From Thermomicrobiales bacterium (GTDB lineage: Bacteria; Chloroflexota; Chloroflexia; Thermomicrobiales; UBA6265): DNA of 64,000 bases. Positions 27,830-38,745 of this stretch are shown in pieces; the stretch's first letter is position 1; each line of letters starts with the position of its first letter. The DNA lies in NCBI GenBank assembly GCA_042408955.1, contig JBHOQQ010000136.1:3750-67749 (forward strand). Reading direction: 5' to 3'. Position numbers and translations under genes: made by a program. The notes under the pieces are model-generated. The model did not search any database. It was not told the origin of the DNA and saw only the letters and a program-made list of their open reading frames with translations.

Positions 27830-28654
27830 CTAATCATCTCCCGAAAGGGCGACAAGAGGATCGAGGAGGCCACGCCACCGCCCTGACCGGCGGCGCAGCG
27901 TGATGTCGCCGAACAGCTCTGGCTGATCCGCATCAACGACCCGCCGGCGAATGAGCACCAGCACCGCGAGAAAAGCCGTCCGCACTTCATGTGCGTCCTG
28001 ACACTCCCTGGCAACGCGGCTGAATGGCACGTCGCTCCGGCCAGCCAGCAGGCGTAACACTCGCTCCACCATGGCCGCGAGAGAGATCATCGGGCGTGCG
28101 GTGATGATCTCGCGCGGCGATGGAATCATCGCAAGACGTCGCCGCAACGCCTTCGCGAGCCACGATGCCTCATGCGCCGCCAGCCTCGGTGGCTCCACTG
28201 GCGCTGGCACGGTCAATGCGTGCCGCGCCCGAGGATAGGCACCAACTCCGAGCTGATCTCGATGCGCAAGCTCAATCGCCGCGCGCTTGATCGCCTGATA
28301 CTCGATCAACTGTTGCGCAAGATCTCCCGATTCGGTCTCATCATCCTCAGTTGCCGGGCGTGGCAGCAGCGACCGGGATTTCAGCAGCACCAAGCGAGCG
28401 CCGACCGTGGCAAATTCAGCGAGCACCTGCGGCGAGACACTCCCGAGTGATGCTACGTGCGCGAGAAATTGCTCGGTCACTGCCACCAACGAGACATCGG
28501 TAATTGGCAACTGATTTCGCTCAATCAAGCGCAGCAAGACGTCAAGCGGCCCCTCGAAGGTCGGTAGCCGCAGTTGATAGTCGTGCAGAATTGGTGTCTC
28601 TGGCGCCACAGCATCCACAGTGACGAGTGTACGCGATTGTTCGTACACCGTCAT
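27830..28654 (-). CDS. scpA: segregation and condensation protein A
   Basis: LPTFEGPLDVLLRLIERNQLPITDVSLVAVTEQFL. Confidence 0.92.
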   Translation of the reverse strand: MTVYEQSRTLVTVDAVAPETPILHDYQLRLPTFEGPLDVLLRLIERNQLPITDVSLVAVTEQFLAHVASLGSVSPQVLAEFATVGARLVLLKSRSLLPRPATEDDETESGDLAQQLIEYQAIKRAAIELAHRDQLGVGAYPRARHALTVPAPVEPPRLAAHEASWLAKALRRRLAMIPSPREIITARPMISLAAMVERVLRLLAGRSDVPFSRVARECQDAHEVRTAFLAVLVLIRRRVVDADQPELFGDITLRRRSGRWRGLLDPLVALSGDD

Positions 28655-28963
28655 CTCCCAGCAATGCAGCTGCTAAGCACGGTTCATGATCTGAGCGGCT
28701 GTGACGTTCGCTTCAGCCACAGCCCCAGCACGCTTGTGATCACCCTGGCCCCAAGTCAGGCCGGATCACCGCCTGCCGGCTTGCTCGCTGCCACGCTCTT
28801 CACCGCCCCCGCTGAGAGCCAGGAGCACGTGCCGCACGGGGCGAGGCTATGGCCAGCGGTTTCATCCTACCTTCATGTTCGGGTGGGAAGCTCACCCATG
28901 TGCGGCACGCATGGACGCGCCGTATTGCGATTCGATTGGAAGACACAAGGAGACCACGTCCAG

Positions 28964-29638
28964 ATGCATCCTCGAGCCGTGACATGGCTGACGCTCACAA
29001 TCGTGCTTCTCACCCTGGGAGCGTGGGAAGCTCGCAGCGCTCACAAGGCTACAGCTGCTCCTCAGCAGTGCGCTCGTGCGACGCCGGCGCCTCCCGCCGT
29101 GACATCTTTCTCTCCCACGCCACCACCCTCGGCTGCGCCCACCCAAGGATCCCTACCAACCGAGGAGAACGCACCAGGCGATATTCCAGACACGCAAGCG
29201 TTTGTGCCCTACACCTCGGTTGAGGGGGGCTACACGATTCTCATGCCGGAGGGATGGGCGCGAAGGGACGATGGTCCCAACGTGCAATTCTCCGACAAGC
29301 TGCACACGTTCTCCGTAGATGTGCGTTGCGCCAATTCTCCCCCGACGGTCAACAGCGTGACCAGCAGCGAGGTTCCGGCATTAGCCAAGCAGGTTCCGGA
29401 CTTCGAACTCATAGAGATTAAGGCGATTGATCTGCCCGCCGGTCCTGCGATCTTGATTCGCTACCGGGCGAACTCCGTGCCAGATGAGGTGACTGGAAAA
29501 CAGCACCGCCTCGACGTCGACCGCTATGAATTCTTCAAAGACGGCCGGTTGGTCGCGGTCTCATTGGCAGTGCCAGCCGGCTCCGACAACGCTGACGTCT
29601 CCAACCTGATCGCGCGGAGCTTCCAATGGGTATCATGA
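28964..29638 (+). CDS. secreted/anchored hypothetical protein (PsbP/Mog1- or LpqN-like fold suspected)
   Basis: ATG 28964 is preceded by AAGGAGACC. Signal/anchor MHPRAVTWLTLTIVLLTLGAW, a Pro/Ala/Ser-rich linker, then a roughly 140-aa beta-rich domain (GYTILMPEGWARRDDGPNVQFSD..). The fold assignment is tentative. Confidence 0.6.
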   Translation: MHPRAVTWLTLTIVLLTLGAWEARSAHKATAAPQQCARATPAPPAVTSFSPTPPPSAAPTQGSLPTEENAPGDIPDTQAFVPYTSVEGGYTILMPEGWARRDDGPNVQFSDKLHTFSVDVRCANSPPTVNSVTSSEVPALAKQVPDFELIEIKAIDLPAGPAILIRYRANSVPDEVTGKQHRLDVDRYEFFKDGRLVAVSLAVPAGSDNADVSNLIARSFQWVS

Positions 29639-30303
29639 GCACTCCCGTACTCGAGGCACACGAGCTCTACCGCTTTTACCACACGGAGGAAGATGAGACC
29701 CTGGCATTACGCGGGGTTTCTCTGACCATCCACGCGGGCGAGTTCGTGGCCGTGGTCGGCCCCTCAGGCAGTGGCAAGTCAACGCTCCTCCAGTGCTTGG
29801 CCGGACTTGACGATCCCGACGGAGGCTGGGTCACTCTTGCTGGTGAACGCCTTTCACGACGGCTCGAGCCGGACCGCGCGCGCCACCGCGCCCAACGCAT
29901 CGGGCTCCTCCTTCAATCGGACAATTTGCTACCCCACCTGACGATCGAAGCCAATCTCCGTGCAGCGACAGCGCTTGCGGGGAATCGTGACCGCTCCAAG
30001 ATCCGCGCGCTCCTCGAGGATGTCGGACTATCGCACCGGGCAGCAGCGCTGCCATCGGAGGTCTCCGGTGGCGAGCTCGCTCGTGCAGGCGTCGCCCTCG
30101 CGTTGATCAACGATCCCCTTGTAGTGCTCGCCGACGAGCCGACCGGCGAGGTGGACGCGCTTAGTGAGGCGCGCGTGCTCATGCTCTTGCAAACCCACGC
30201 GCGCAATGGGAAGGCTGTTCTCGTTGTGACGCATAGCTCATCGGTTGCCCGCGTTGCCCATCGCATCCTCCACTTGGTTGATGGGAGGTTGGTCAATGAC
30301 TGA
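29635..30303 (+). CDS. ABC transporter ATP-binding protein (MacB/LolD type), subunit 1
   Basis: GPSGSGKSTLL, SGGELARAGVA, LADEPTGEVD. ATGA overlap with the upstream stop. Confidence 0.9.
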   Translation: MSTPVLEAHELYRFYHTEEDETLALRGVSLTIHAGEFVAVVGPSGSGKSTLLQCLAGLDDPDGGWVTLAGERLSRRLEPDRARHRAQRIGLLLQSDNLLPHLTIEANLRAATALAGNRDRSKIRALLEDVGLSHRAAALPSEVSGGELARAGVALALINDPLVVLADEPTGEVDALSEARVLMLLQTHARNGKAVLVVTHSSSVARVAHRILHLVDGRLVND

Positions 30304-31012
30304 AGCCCTGGTCTTGGCAGATCATGTGTCCCGGAGGTTTGGCGATGGTGCCACCGCGACCGAGGCATTACGCGATGCGAGTTGTCTCATCAATCCCGGC
30401 GAGCGAATCGCGCTGACCGGCTCAAGTGGTAGTGGGAAATCGACATTGCTGCATCTGCTCGGTGGCTTGGACATGCCAACGCGTGGCACGGTTACGTGGC
30501 CAGCGCTTGGGACACGAGACCAGCTGCGTCCATGCAAGATTAGCTATGTCTTCCAGGGGCCGAGCCTGCTACCGGCCCTCTCCGTGATTGAGAACGTCCG
30601 TCTGCCGTTGCTCCTAGCCGGGCTGTCCGAGCAGGAAGCAGCACTGCGAGCGGCGGATGTGCTAGCACGCTTCGGCCTAAGCCAGCTCAGCGAAAAACTT
30701 CCCGAGGAACTATCGGGCGGTCAAGCGCAACGAGTAGCGATCGCCCGAGCAGTTGTCGTCCAACCCAAACTGCTCTTAGCCGATGAGCCGACCGGTCAAC
30801 TCGACACAGCAACAGCTCTTCAGACCGTCATGACGCTCACCGAGCTGCTCGATGAGCTGGGGAGTGCGCTGCTGCTCGCGACGCACGACCTGCGAGTCGC
30901 CGAGCGCTTTGCATACGTCTGGACTATGCGCGACGGGTACCTTGCCACAAGCTCGGCTTCAGCAATTCCCACACCTTCAGAGGAAGCGGCCCATCATCTT
31001 CAAGCTTGGTAA
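30296..31012 (+). CDS. ABC transporter ATP-binding protein (MacB/LolD type), subunit 2
   Basis: GSSGSGKSTLL, SGGQAQRVAIA, LADEPTGQLD. The start overlaps the previous gene end. Confidence 0.9.
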   Translation: MTEALVLADHVSRRFGDGATATEALRDASCLINPGERIALTGSSGSGKSTLLHLLGGLDMPTRGTVTWPALGTRDQLRPCKISYVFQGPSLLPALSVIENVRLPLLLAGLSEQEAALRAADVLARFGLSQLSEKLPEELSGGQAQRVAIARAVVVQPKLLLADEPTGQLDTATALQTVMTLTELLDELGSALLLATHDLRVAERFAYVWTMRDGYLATSSASAIPTPSEEAAHHLQAW

Positions 31013-33705
31013 CGAGAGGACCGAAAGCGAGACATCAGATGACATCACTCTCCAGAATCTGGTTAGAAGGTTTGCTGCGGCGACGAGGGATACGACTCAT
31101 TACCACGGCAACAGGAATCGCTGTCACCGTTGCCCTGCTTGGGAGCCTTGCCGGATTCGTCGCAACCGCCGAGGCGAGCATGACCCGGCAAGCTATTGCC
31201 GCAGTGAGCGTGGATTGGCAGATTCAACTCGCACCTGGCGCGAGCGTCGATGCCGCGGCGGCTGAGCTCGCCCGATCGCCCGGATATACCAAACTTGCCC
31301 AGGTTGGATACGCCGACACTCCAGGGTTCGAGGCTACCACGGGCGACACCACGCAAACGACGGGTCCCGGTCAGGTGCTGGGCGTGGCTCCGGATTACCG
31401 CGACCTGTTTCCCAACGAGATTCGTCTCCTCATTGGAGAAGGGCACGTTCTCCTGGCGCAACAAACCGCTGCGAATCTCCATGCTACTCCCGGCACCACC
31501 GTGGCAATCAAGCGCCCAGGACTGCCGCCCGTACCAGTCACTGTCGATGCCATCGTTGATCTACCGGAAGCAGATTCGCTCTTTCAACCCCTGGGATCCG
31601 CGGCTGGTGCAACCCCGCAGGCTCCTCCCGATAATGTGTTGATCCTCCCATTGCCCATTTGGCACAACGTCTTCGATCCCGTCGCTCAGATCGCGCCTAA
31701 CGCGGTGCGCATGCAACTGCACGCGACGATACCGCACACTCTTCCAGCGGCACCGGCGGCCGCGTATGTTGCGGTCACCCGGTGGGCACGCAACTACGAA
31801 GCTCGGCTTGCCGGGACCGTCCTGGTGGGAAACAACCTTGGAGCTCGGCTCGATGCGGCCCGCTCCGATGCCTTGTATGCACGGCTCCTCTTTCTCTTTT
31901 TGGGATTGCCAGGAGCAATCCTTGCGGCCCTGGTCACGGCGATGATCGTTGCCTCGGGTGCAGAACGACGCCGCAGGGATCAGGCCTTGCTGCGCGTCCG
32001 AGGGGCATCAGCCAGGCAGATCGTTCAGCTCGCCGGCTTGGAGGCGCTCTGCATTGGTCTTTTGGGAACCCTCGCCGGGATGGTGACGGCTTTCGCGGTT
32101 GTGCGGCTCAGTTTCGGACATTGGGGATTGAGCAACGAATGGGCCACGACGCTGGTGTGGGGAGGAGTGGCGACACTTGGAGGCATGGGTGTCGCGGTGC
32201 TGACCGTGCTGGTTCCAGCCTGGCGTGACACGCGCCGGGAGCGAATCGTCGCAGTGCGGCGCAGCGTTCGGCGCGAGGACCGACCGTGGTGGGAACGTCT
32301 CGGGCTTGATCTCTGGCTCCTTGTCATCGCCGGCATCGTTTATTGGCAGGTTAAACGGAGCGGCTATCAGATCGTTCTTGCGCCGGAGGGAGTCCCGCGC
32401 GTGTCGGTATCCTACACGTCGTTGCTTGCGCCTCTCCTCATCTGGGGTGGCTTGGCGCTCCTCGTCATGCGTCTCAGCCGCTTGCTGCTGGCGCACCACG
32501 GCAAGGTTGCGATCCCGTTGCTGCGACCGATTGGTGGGAATCTCGCAGCGGTGATTGCCGCTTCGCTGAGTCGCCAGCGTGCTCGCATCGCGACTGGTCT
32601 CGTTCTCATCACCTTGGCAGTGGCCTATGCCGCCTCAACAGCGATCTTCAACGCGACGTACGAGCAGCAATCCCTCGTTGATGCGCAGCTGACAAACGGC
32701 GCAGACGTCACCGTTAGCGGAGGCCAGAGTCTGGACCTGCTCCCCTACGTGCCAGCGATCACGCACCTGCCCGGCGTCCACGCCGTTGTGCCGATGCTGC
32801 ACCGCTTCGCATACGTCGGCAACGATCTGCAAGATCTTTATGGCGTCGACCCAACCCGCCTGAGGCAGGCCACTCGGCTGACGGACGCCTTCTTCGCCGG
32901 AATCACCGCCGATCAGGCAATGCAGCTGCTTGCCATGACACCAGACGGCATTTTGGTCTCTCCAGAGACAGTCAGCGATTTTCAGCTCCAGCCGGGAGAT
33001 ACGCTCAAGCTTCGTCTCCAAAGCGCGACCGATCACCAATACCACCTGGTTTCATTTCATTATGTTGGGATCGCTCGCGAATTCCCCACTGCGCCGAGTG
33101 ATTCCTTTCTCGTCGCGAACGCCGACTACGTGAAGCAGCAGACGGGCTTACCTGCGGCTGAAACGCTCCTCATCAAAACCGATGGGTCTCCATCACGTGT
33201 CGCGGCGAACGTGCGAGCACTCCTCGGTGAAACCTCCGGAGCGACGGTGCACGACATCATTGAGCAGCGGAGGATCACCCGAACCAGCTTGACCGCGATA
33301 AGTCTTCAAGGTTTGAGCCGGTTGCAGCTGAGTTTCGCCGTCGTCCTCGCGGCATCTGGCGCTGCACTCGTGCTGGCGCTTAGTCTCGCCGAACGACGTC
33401 GGACCCTTGCGGTCATCACGGCATTGGGAGCCACTCCGCGTCAGCTCAAGGCATTTATCTGGGGAGAGACTGGGCTCATGCTCGCCGGTGGATTACTCGC
33501 CGGTGGGTTGCTCGGCTGGTCCATTGCAACGGTCCTCGTTCAGCTTCTGACCCATGTATTTGATCCGCCCCCGCAGAGTATGGCCATCCCAGGTGCCTAT
33601 CTGGTCGTGGTCTGCGCTGCAACGATGATTGCTGTGGCAATTGCTGGGCAAGTGATTGCATTGTTGAGCCGACACGGCATTCTTGAGACGCTGCGTCGCC
33701 TGTAA
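31006..33705 (+). CDS. ABC transporter permease with two FtsX/MacB-type modules
   Basis: 899 aa. Each half has a TM helix, a 220-240 aa extracytoplasmic domain and an FtsX 3-TM bundle (..AERRRRDQALLRVRGASARQI.. and ..AERRRTLAVITALGATPRQL..). Alternative start at 31039. Confidence 0.88.
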   Translation: MVTRGPKARHQMTSLSRIWLEGLLRRRGIRLITTATGIAVTVALLGSLAGFVATAEASMTRQAIAAVSVDWQIQLAPGASVDAAAAELARSPGYTKLAQVGYADTPGFEATTGDTTQTTGPGQVLGVAPDYRDLFPNEIRLLIGEGHVLLAQQTAANLHATPGTTVAIKRPGLPPVPVTVDAIVDLPEADSLFQPLGSAAGATPQAPPDNVLILPLPIWHNVFDPVAQIAPNAVRMQLHATIPHTLPAAPAAAYVAVTRWARNYEARLAGTVLVGNNLGARLDAARSDALYARLLFLFLGLPGAILAALVTAMIVASGAERRRRDQALLRVRGASARQIVQLAGLEALCIGLLGTLAGMVTAFAVVRLSFGHWGLSNEWATTLVWGGVATLGGMGVAVLTVLVPAWRDTRRERIVAVRRSVRREDRPWWERLGLDLWLLVIAGIVYWQVKRSGYQIVLAPEGVPRVSVSYTSLLAPLLIWGGLALLVMRLSRLLLAHHGKVAIPLLRPIGGNLAAVIAASLSRQRARIATGLVLITLAVAYAASTAIFNATYEQQSLVDAQLTNGADVTVSGGQSLDLLPYVPAITHLPGVHAVVPMLHRFAYVGNDLQDLYGVDPTRLRQATRLTDAFFAGITADQAMQLLAMTPDGILVSPETVSDFQLQPGDTLKLRLQSATDHQYHLVSFHYVGIAREFPTAPSDSFLVANADYVKQQTGLPAAETLLIKTDGSPSRVAANVRALLGETSGATVHDIIEQRRITRTSLTAISLQGLSRLQLSFAVVLAASGAALVLALSLAERRRTLAVITALGATPRQLKAFIWGETGLMLAGGLLAGGLLGWSIATVLVQLLTHVFDPPPQSMAIPGAYLVVVCAATMIAVAIAGQVIALLSRHGILETLRRL

Positions 33706-33834
33706 ATGGGCGCGCTGTCGCCAGTTAATGGGGGCATAGTTTGGCACAGCGCCCACGCCCCTGAGAGCCGACTCATCACCCGCTCTTCACGGAACAGTGG
33801 CACCAAGGCTCAAATGGGCCTCAGGCCCCTGACG

Positions 33835-34347
33835 TCAGCCTACACGGTCGGCGGCGATGAGCCGGTGAAGCGCGGCATCAGGTGGCGGTGGATCATCTTC
33901 GTGGTGCTCAATCAACCAGCAGACCCGCGGTGTGCAGCCAAGCGTGGCGGCGAGACTGGCCCCGAGCTTCGGGTGATGAACCGCGAGCGCGAGGCCAGCC
34001 CGCCAGCGCGGAGCAGGCAGCCGCGCTAGCCGCGCGAGTAAGCCAGGTGCATATCGCCGCAAGATCACCCGCGTCACCCGGTCGACGAGCCGCACACGAA
34101 ACGGCGGCATGACCTTGCCGGCATCGTGCAGCAGCGCGGCGAGGAGCACGTCGCGATCACGTTCGCCCGCCGCCACGAGACGTTGATAAACCCGGAAGAG
34201 GTGAGCTTGGTCGTAGAGCGGCAGACGGCGAAACGCTGCCGCTTGCGCCTCGGAGAGCAGCTCTTCTACCGCTTCATCCAAGCCTTCGGGAAGCGAAACA
34301 GGTGTGAGCGCTGCAATCCCCTGGCGCAATCGCTCATGCCAAGCCAT
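33835..34347 (-). CDS. HD domain-containing protein
   Basis: LLHDAGK HD motif preceded by a His (DQAHLF), and a C-terminal WLIEHHED. Confidence 0.7.
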   Translation of the reverse strand: MAWHERLRQGIAALTPVSLPEGLDEAVEELLSEAQAAAFRRLPLYDQAHLFRVYQRLVAAGERDRDVLLAALLHDAGKVMPPFRVRLVDRVTRVILRRYAPGLLARLARLPAPRWRAGLALAVHHPKLGASLAATLGCTPRVCWLIEHHEDDPPPPDAALHRLIAADRVG

Positions 34348-34358
34348 AGCCTAGACCA

Positions 34359-35132
34359 TCAGAGCAACGTGCGGAACAACAGTGATTGCAGCGGCGCGAT
34401 CATCTCTCCGGTGATCGACCGGCCAAGCTGGCCGCTCAGGAAAAAGATGAGGAACAAGATGAGAAAACCATACCGCTCCAGCGGAGCAAGCACTGGATAC
34501 CAAAAGTTCGGCAATATCCCCACGAGCACCTTGTGTCCATCCAGCGGGGGGATCGGGATCATGTTGAACGAGGCCAGCAACACGTTCACCCAGAAATACC
34601 AGCCGAGAAAGAACGCGAGTGATCCGCGCTCGGCAGGGCTGTAGAGTAGGTTGCCGAAATCGCTGGCGCTCCAGCCCGCGAGGCGCAACGAGATCGCCGC
34701 CACCAACGCTTGGGCGACATTCGAGACCGGTCCGGCCAGCGCGACGAGCGCCATCGAGCGTTTGCGACCCACGATGCCCAGACCGCGCAGCCGGTTTGGG
34801 TTGACCGGCACGGGCTTCCCCCAGCCAATGAAGCTATACCCCAGGGAAATCATGACCATGCCGAAGAAGCCAAACGGCTCGAAATGCATTGCCGGATTGA
34901 GCGTGATGCGCCCGAGCGATTTGGCCGTGTCGTCGCCAAGCCGCCACGCCGTATAGGCGTGCATGAATTCATGGATCGTCGTGGCGATCACGAAGGCGCC
35001 GAGGATCGCCGCAACTTGCTCCAAGGGTGGCAAGCTCCGGCGGTTAAGCACCTGCAACGCGAGCAGCAAGAGCAGGATCAGGAAGATACCGCTTGTGGGA
35101 TCACCGCGCTGGACGAAGCCGAGTCGTTTCAT
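34359..35132 (-). CDS. site-2 protease family (M50) metalloprotease
   Basis: HEFMHAYTAWRLGD HExxH, ITLNPAMHFEPFGF, FNMIPIPPLDGHK. ATG 35132 is preceded by CAGGAGCAC; the upstream ORF extension contains an intergenic hairpin. Confidence 0.85.
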   Translation of the reverse strand: MKRLGFVQRGDPTSGIFLILLLLLALQVLNRRSLPPLEQVAAILGAFVIATTIHEFMHAYTAWRLGDDTAKSLGRITLNPAMHFEPFGFFGMVMISLGYSFIGWGKPVPVNPNRLRGLGIVGRKRSMALVALAGPVSNVAQALVAAISLRLAGWSASDFGNLLYSPAERGSLAFFLGWYFWVNVLLASFNMIPIPPLDGHKVLVGILPNFWYPVLAPLERYGFLILFLIFFLSGQLGRSITGEMIAPLQSLLFRTLL

Positions 35133-35141
35133 GTGCTCCTG

Positions 35142-35200
35142 GCTTCGAGCTTCGAGCTTCGGATCAGCGAGTTTATCGCGCGAAGCTCTAAGCTCGAAGC
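35142..35200 (-). repeat. 59-nt near-perfect hairpin built from inverted triple heptamer repeats
   Basis: GCTTCGAGCTTCGAGCTTCG (35142-35161) pairs with CGAAGCTCTAAGCTCGAAGC (35181-35200) at 19 of 20 positions. Each arm is three GCTTCGA-like heptamers, and the loop contains a further GCGA/TCGC pair. It lies between the oppF-like stop (35213) and the M50 start (35132). Confidence 0.8.
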
Positions 35201-35212
35201 TCGCTCCCGTAT

Positions 35213-36256
<1,044 letters not shown>

Positions 36257-37339
36257 CTACGCCTCCTGCTGCCGTGGCGGCTCGGCATCTTTGCTGACTT
36301 CTTCCCAGAACCAGCACGCCGCGTAATGCCCGTCGCTCACCTTGAGCAGCGGTGGATTCTTTTGCTCGCACTTCTCTCGCGCATAGTTGCATCGCGGCAC
36401 AAAGGGGCACATGTCAGGAAGATCGATCAGATCCGGCGGCAAGCCGCGAATCGGCTCCAGCTTCTCCTTGCGCTCGGCGTCGAGGCGTGGAATCGACTTG
36501 AGCAAGCCGACCGTATACGGATGCCGCGGGTTGGCAAAGATCTCTTCGGTCGTTCCCGTCTCCACGATGTGGCCGGCATACATCACCATGATGCGATCAG
36601 CCATACCGGCGACCACGCCCATCGAGTGGGTAATCAGGATCACGCCGGTATCGCGCTCCATTTGCAAGGTGCGCATCAGATCGAGGATCTGAGCCTGAAT
36701 CGTCACATCCAGCGCCGTCGTCGGCTCATCGGCGATGATCAACTTGGGATTGCACGACAGGGCCATGGCGATCATCACGCGCTGCCGCATGCCGCCGGAG
36801 AACTGGTGCGGATACTGATCGATGCGCTCTTCCGCGTTGGGGATCCCCACCATCTTGAGCAGCTCGATGGCTCGCGCACGCGCCTGATCCTTCGACATCC
36901 CGAGGTGAAGCTGGAGCGCCTCGCTAATCTGCCGGTTGATCGTCAACACGGGATTGAGCGACGTCATCGGGTCCTGGAAGATCATTGCGATCTTATGCCC
37001 GCGAATCTTCCGGACCTCGTTGTCCGACAACTGGAGAATGTCGCGGCCATCAAAGATGATCTCGCCGCCGACAATCTTGCCGGGCGGTGTGGGAATGAGC
37101 CGCATGATGGACAGCCCGGTCATGCTCTTACCACACCCGGACTCGCCCACGACGCCCAGCGTCTCACCTGGCATGACATAGAAGGAAACGTCGTCGACGG
37201 CCTTGACGATGCCGTCCTGGGTGAAGAACTGTGTCTTGAGGTTGCGGACCTCAAGCAACGGCTGGACGCTGCCGTTGCCCCCACTTTGTGCACCGGGCCG
37301 AGTCTGTGCCGCGCCCGGCACGCGCGCCTCTACGGCCAT
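36257..37339 (-). CDS. oligopeptide/dipeptide ABC transporter ATP-binding protein (OppD/DppD type), second copy
   Basis: [22 protein letters not shown]-terminal [19 protein letters not shown]. Confidence 0.9.
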   Translation of the reverse strand: MAVEARVPGAAQTRPGAQSGGNGSVQPLLEVRNLKTQFFTQDGIVKAVDDVSFYVMPGETLGVVGESGCGKSMTGLSIMRLIPTPPGKIVGGEIIFDGRDILQLSDNEVRKIRGHKIAMIFQDPMTSLNPVLTINRQISEALQLHLGMSKDQARARAIELLKMVGIPNAEERIDQYPHQFSGGMRQRVMIAMALSCNPKLIIADEPTTALDVTIQAQILDLMRTLQMERDTGVILITHSMGVVAGMADRIMVMYAGHIVETGTTEEIFANPRHPYTVGLLKSIPRLDAERKEKLEPIRGLPPDLIDLPDMCPFVPRCNYAREKCEQKNPPLLKVSDGHYAACWFWEEVSKDAEPPRQQEA

Positions 37340-37637
37340 CGTGGCTCCTCTCGCCGCCCGAACGATGAACGTTCGTTCAAGCTGGCAATCCCTACCTCAG
37401 CTAGCTGGCTAGCCCTTCGCCTGCCCCGATCGCCCCACGATCTGTGGGCTAACTTCCGCCTAAGCCAGACGGACTCCGTTGGGGAAGGCTAACAGCGGTG
37501 AAAGAATACCATGGGTTTTGAAACATGGGCAATAGTGCCCACGGCCCCCGGGCGCACACTACGCGACGCAATGCTCTCTCTCAGGAAAGACGGACACCCG
37601 CCTACGCCCGGCCCGGTGAGAATGCTACCATCACTGC

Positions 37638-38603
37638 ATGACCGACGATGACTGCCTTCGCACGACTGCCGAAAGCGAGCTACCGCACCACCCGGTTGAG
37701 CACCAGCGTCTTTGGACGCCGTGGCGTATGCGTTACGTCGGCGGCGGCGCCAGGGAAGCCGGGTGTCTGTTCTGTCTCCGCCTGGCTGAGACCACCGACA
37801 CGCGCAGCCTGATCGTCTACCGAGCCACGACCGCATTTGTCATCCTGAATCTCTTTCCCTACAACACCGGCCATATCATGATCGTGCCGAACGAGCATGT
37901 GGCCACGCCCGAAACCGCTCGGTGGGAGTCGTTGGAAGGCATGGCGCGGCTCTTGCCGCCGGCGTTGCGCGCGCTCCGCCGCGAGCTCTCCTGCGACGGC
38001 TTTAACGTCGGGTTCAACATTGGCGACGTCGCAGGAGCGGGCGTGGCCGAGCACTTGCATCAGCATGTCGTGCCGCGGTGGAAGGGCGATGCGAACTTCA
38101 TGCCAATTCTCGCTTCGACTATGGTCATGCCAGAGCTGATCCCGGTGACGTACGCCAAGGTTCGAGCAGAGCTGGCGCGAGAACTGGCGCAGAACGACAC
38201 CACGGCAGGTTCCGCGATCCTTGCCATCCTCTCATGGGATGGAACGCACGTTGCCGTAGAGAAGCGCAACGGCCGGTTCGCCCTGCCCCGAGCGACGGCC
38301 GAGCCCGGAGAGGCGCTCTGGAAAGCAGCGATTCGTGTCGCTACGACACACGGCATTGATGCCGAGATTGCCGGGTGGGTTGGCGCCGAGCGGGCGGACG
38401 GCTCGGAGATCAGCGCGTTCGCCCTTCGTGCTGGAGACCTCGTGCCACGGTCGCCGGCGTTGGTCGCGACCCCCTGTGACCAAGCCGAGCTGAGCGATCC
38501 GGCTGATGTGGCGGCGCTGCAACGGGCACGCGATCTCGTCCGTTCCACTTCGGTGTCCTCGGCACCGGCATTTCCCGCAAATGCACATCCTGCAACCGGG
38601 TAG
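37638..38603 (+). CDS. HIT family nucleotide hydrolase/transferase fused to a degenerate Nudix-like C-terminal domain
   Basis: N-terminal RLWTPWRMRYVGG, FPYNTGHIMIVP and a histidine triad (EHLHQHVVPRW). The C-terminal region of roughly aa 190-290 has a Nudix-like beta start (AILAILSWDGTHVAVEKRNGRFALP) and a decayed Nudix box (ATAEPGEALWKAAIRVATTHGI). Confidence 0.8.
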   Translation: MTDDDCLRTTAESELPHHPVEHQRLWTPWRMRYVGGGAREAGCLFCLRLAETTDTRSLIVYRATTAFVILNLFPYNTGHIMIVPNEHVATPETARWESLEGMARLLPPALRALRRELSCDGFNVGFNIGDVAGAGVAEHLHQHVVPRWKGDANFMPILASTMVMPELIPVTYAKVRAELARELAQNDTTAGSAILAILSWDGTHVAVEKRNGRFALPRATAEPGEALWKAAIRVATTHGIDAEIAGWVGAERADGSEISAFALRAGDLVPRSPALVATPCDQAELSDPADVAALQRARDLVRSTSVSSAPAFPANAHPATG

Positions 38604-38745
38604 GTTTCTGGTCCTCACCTTTCCCAATCCTGACCGATAGGCTAGGGGCACGCTTGCCAGCAGAGCGCGCGTATTTCAAGGTGTTAGATGGCGATAGATC
38701 GCCGCTGACGGAACCGAAGTAGCCCATCATCGCTGGCGTGACGCA

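Noticed and set aside
35142-35200. CRISPR-like or tandem-repeat array
   Set aside because: There are only three 7-nt units per arm, arranged as an inverted repeat with no spacers. No cas genes or other arrays occur anywhere in the window.
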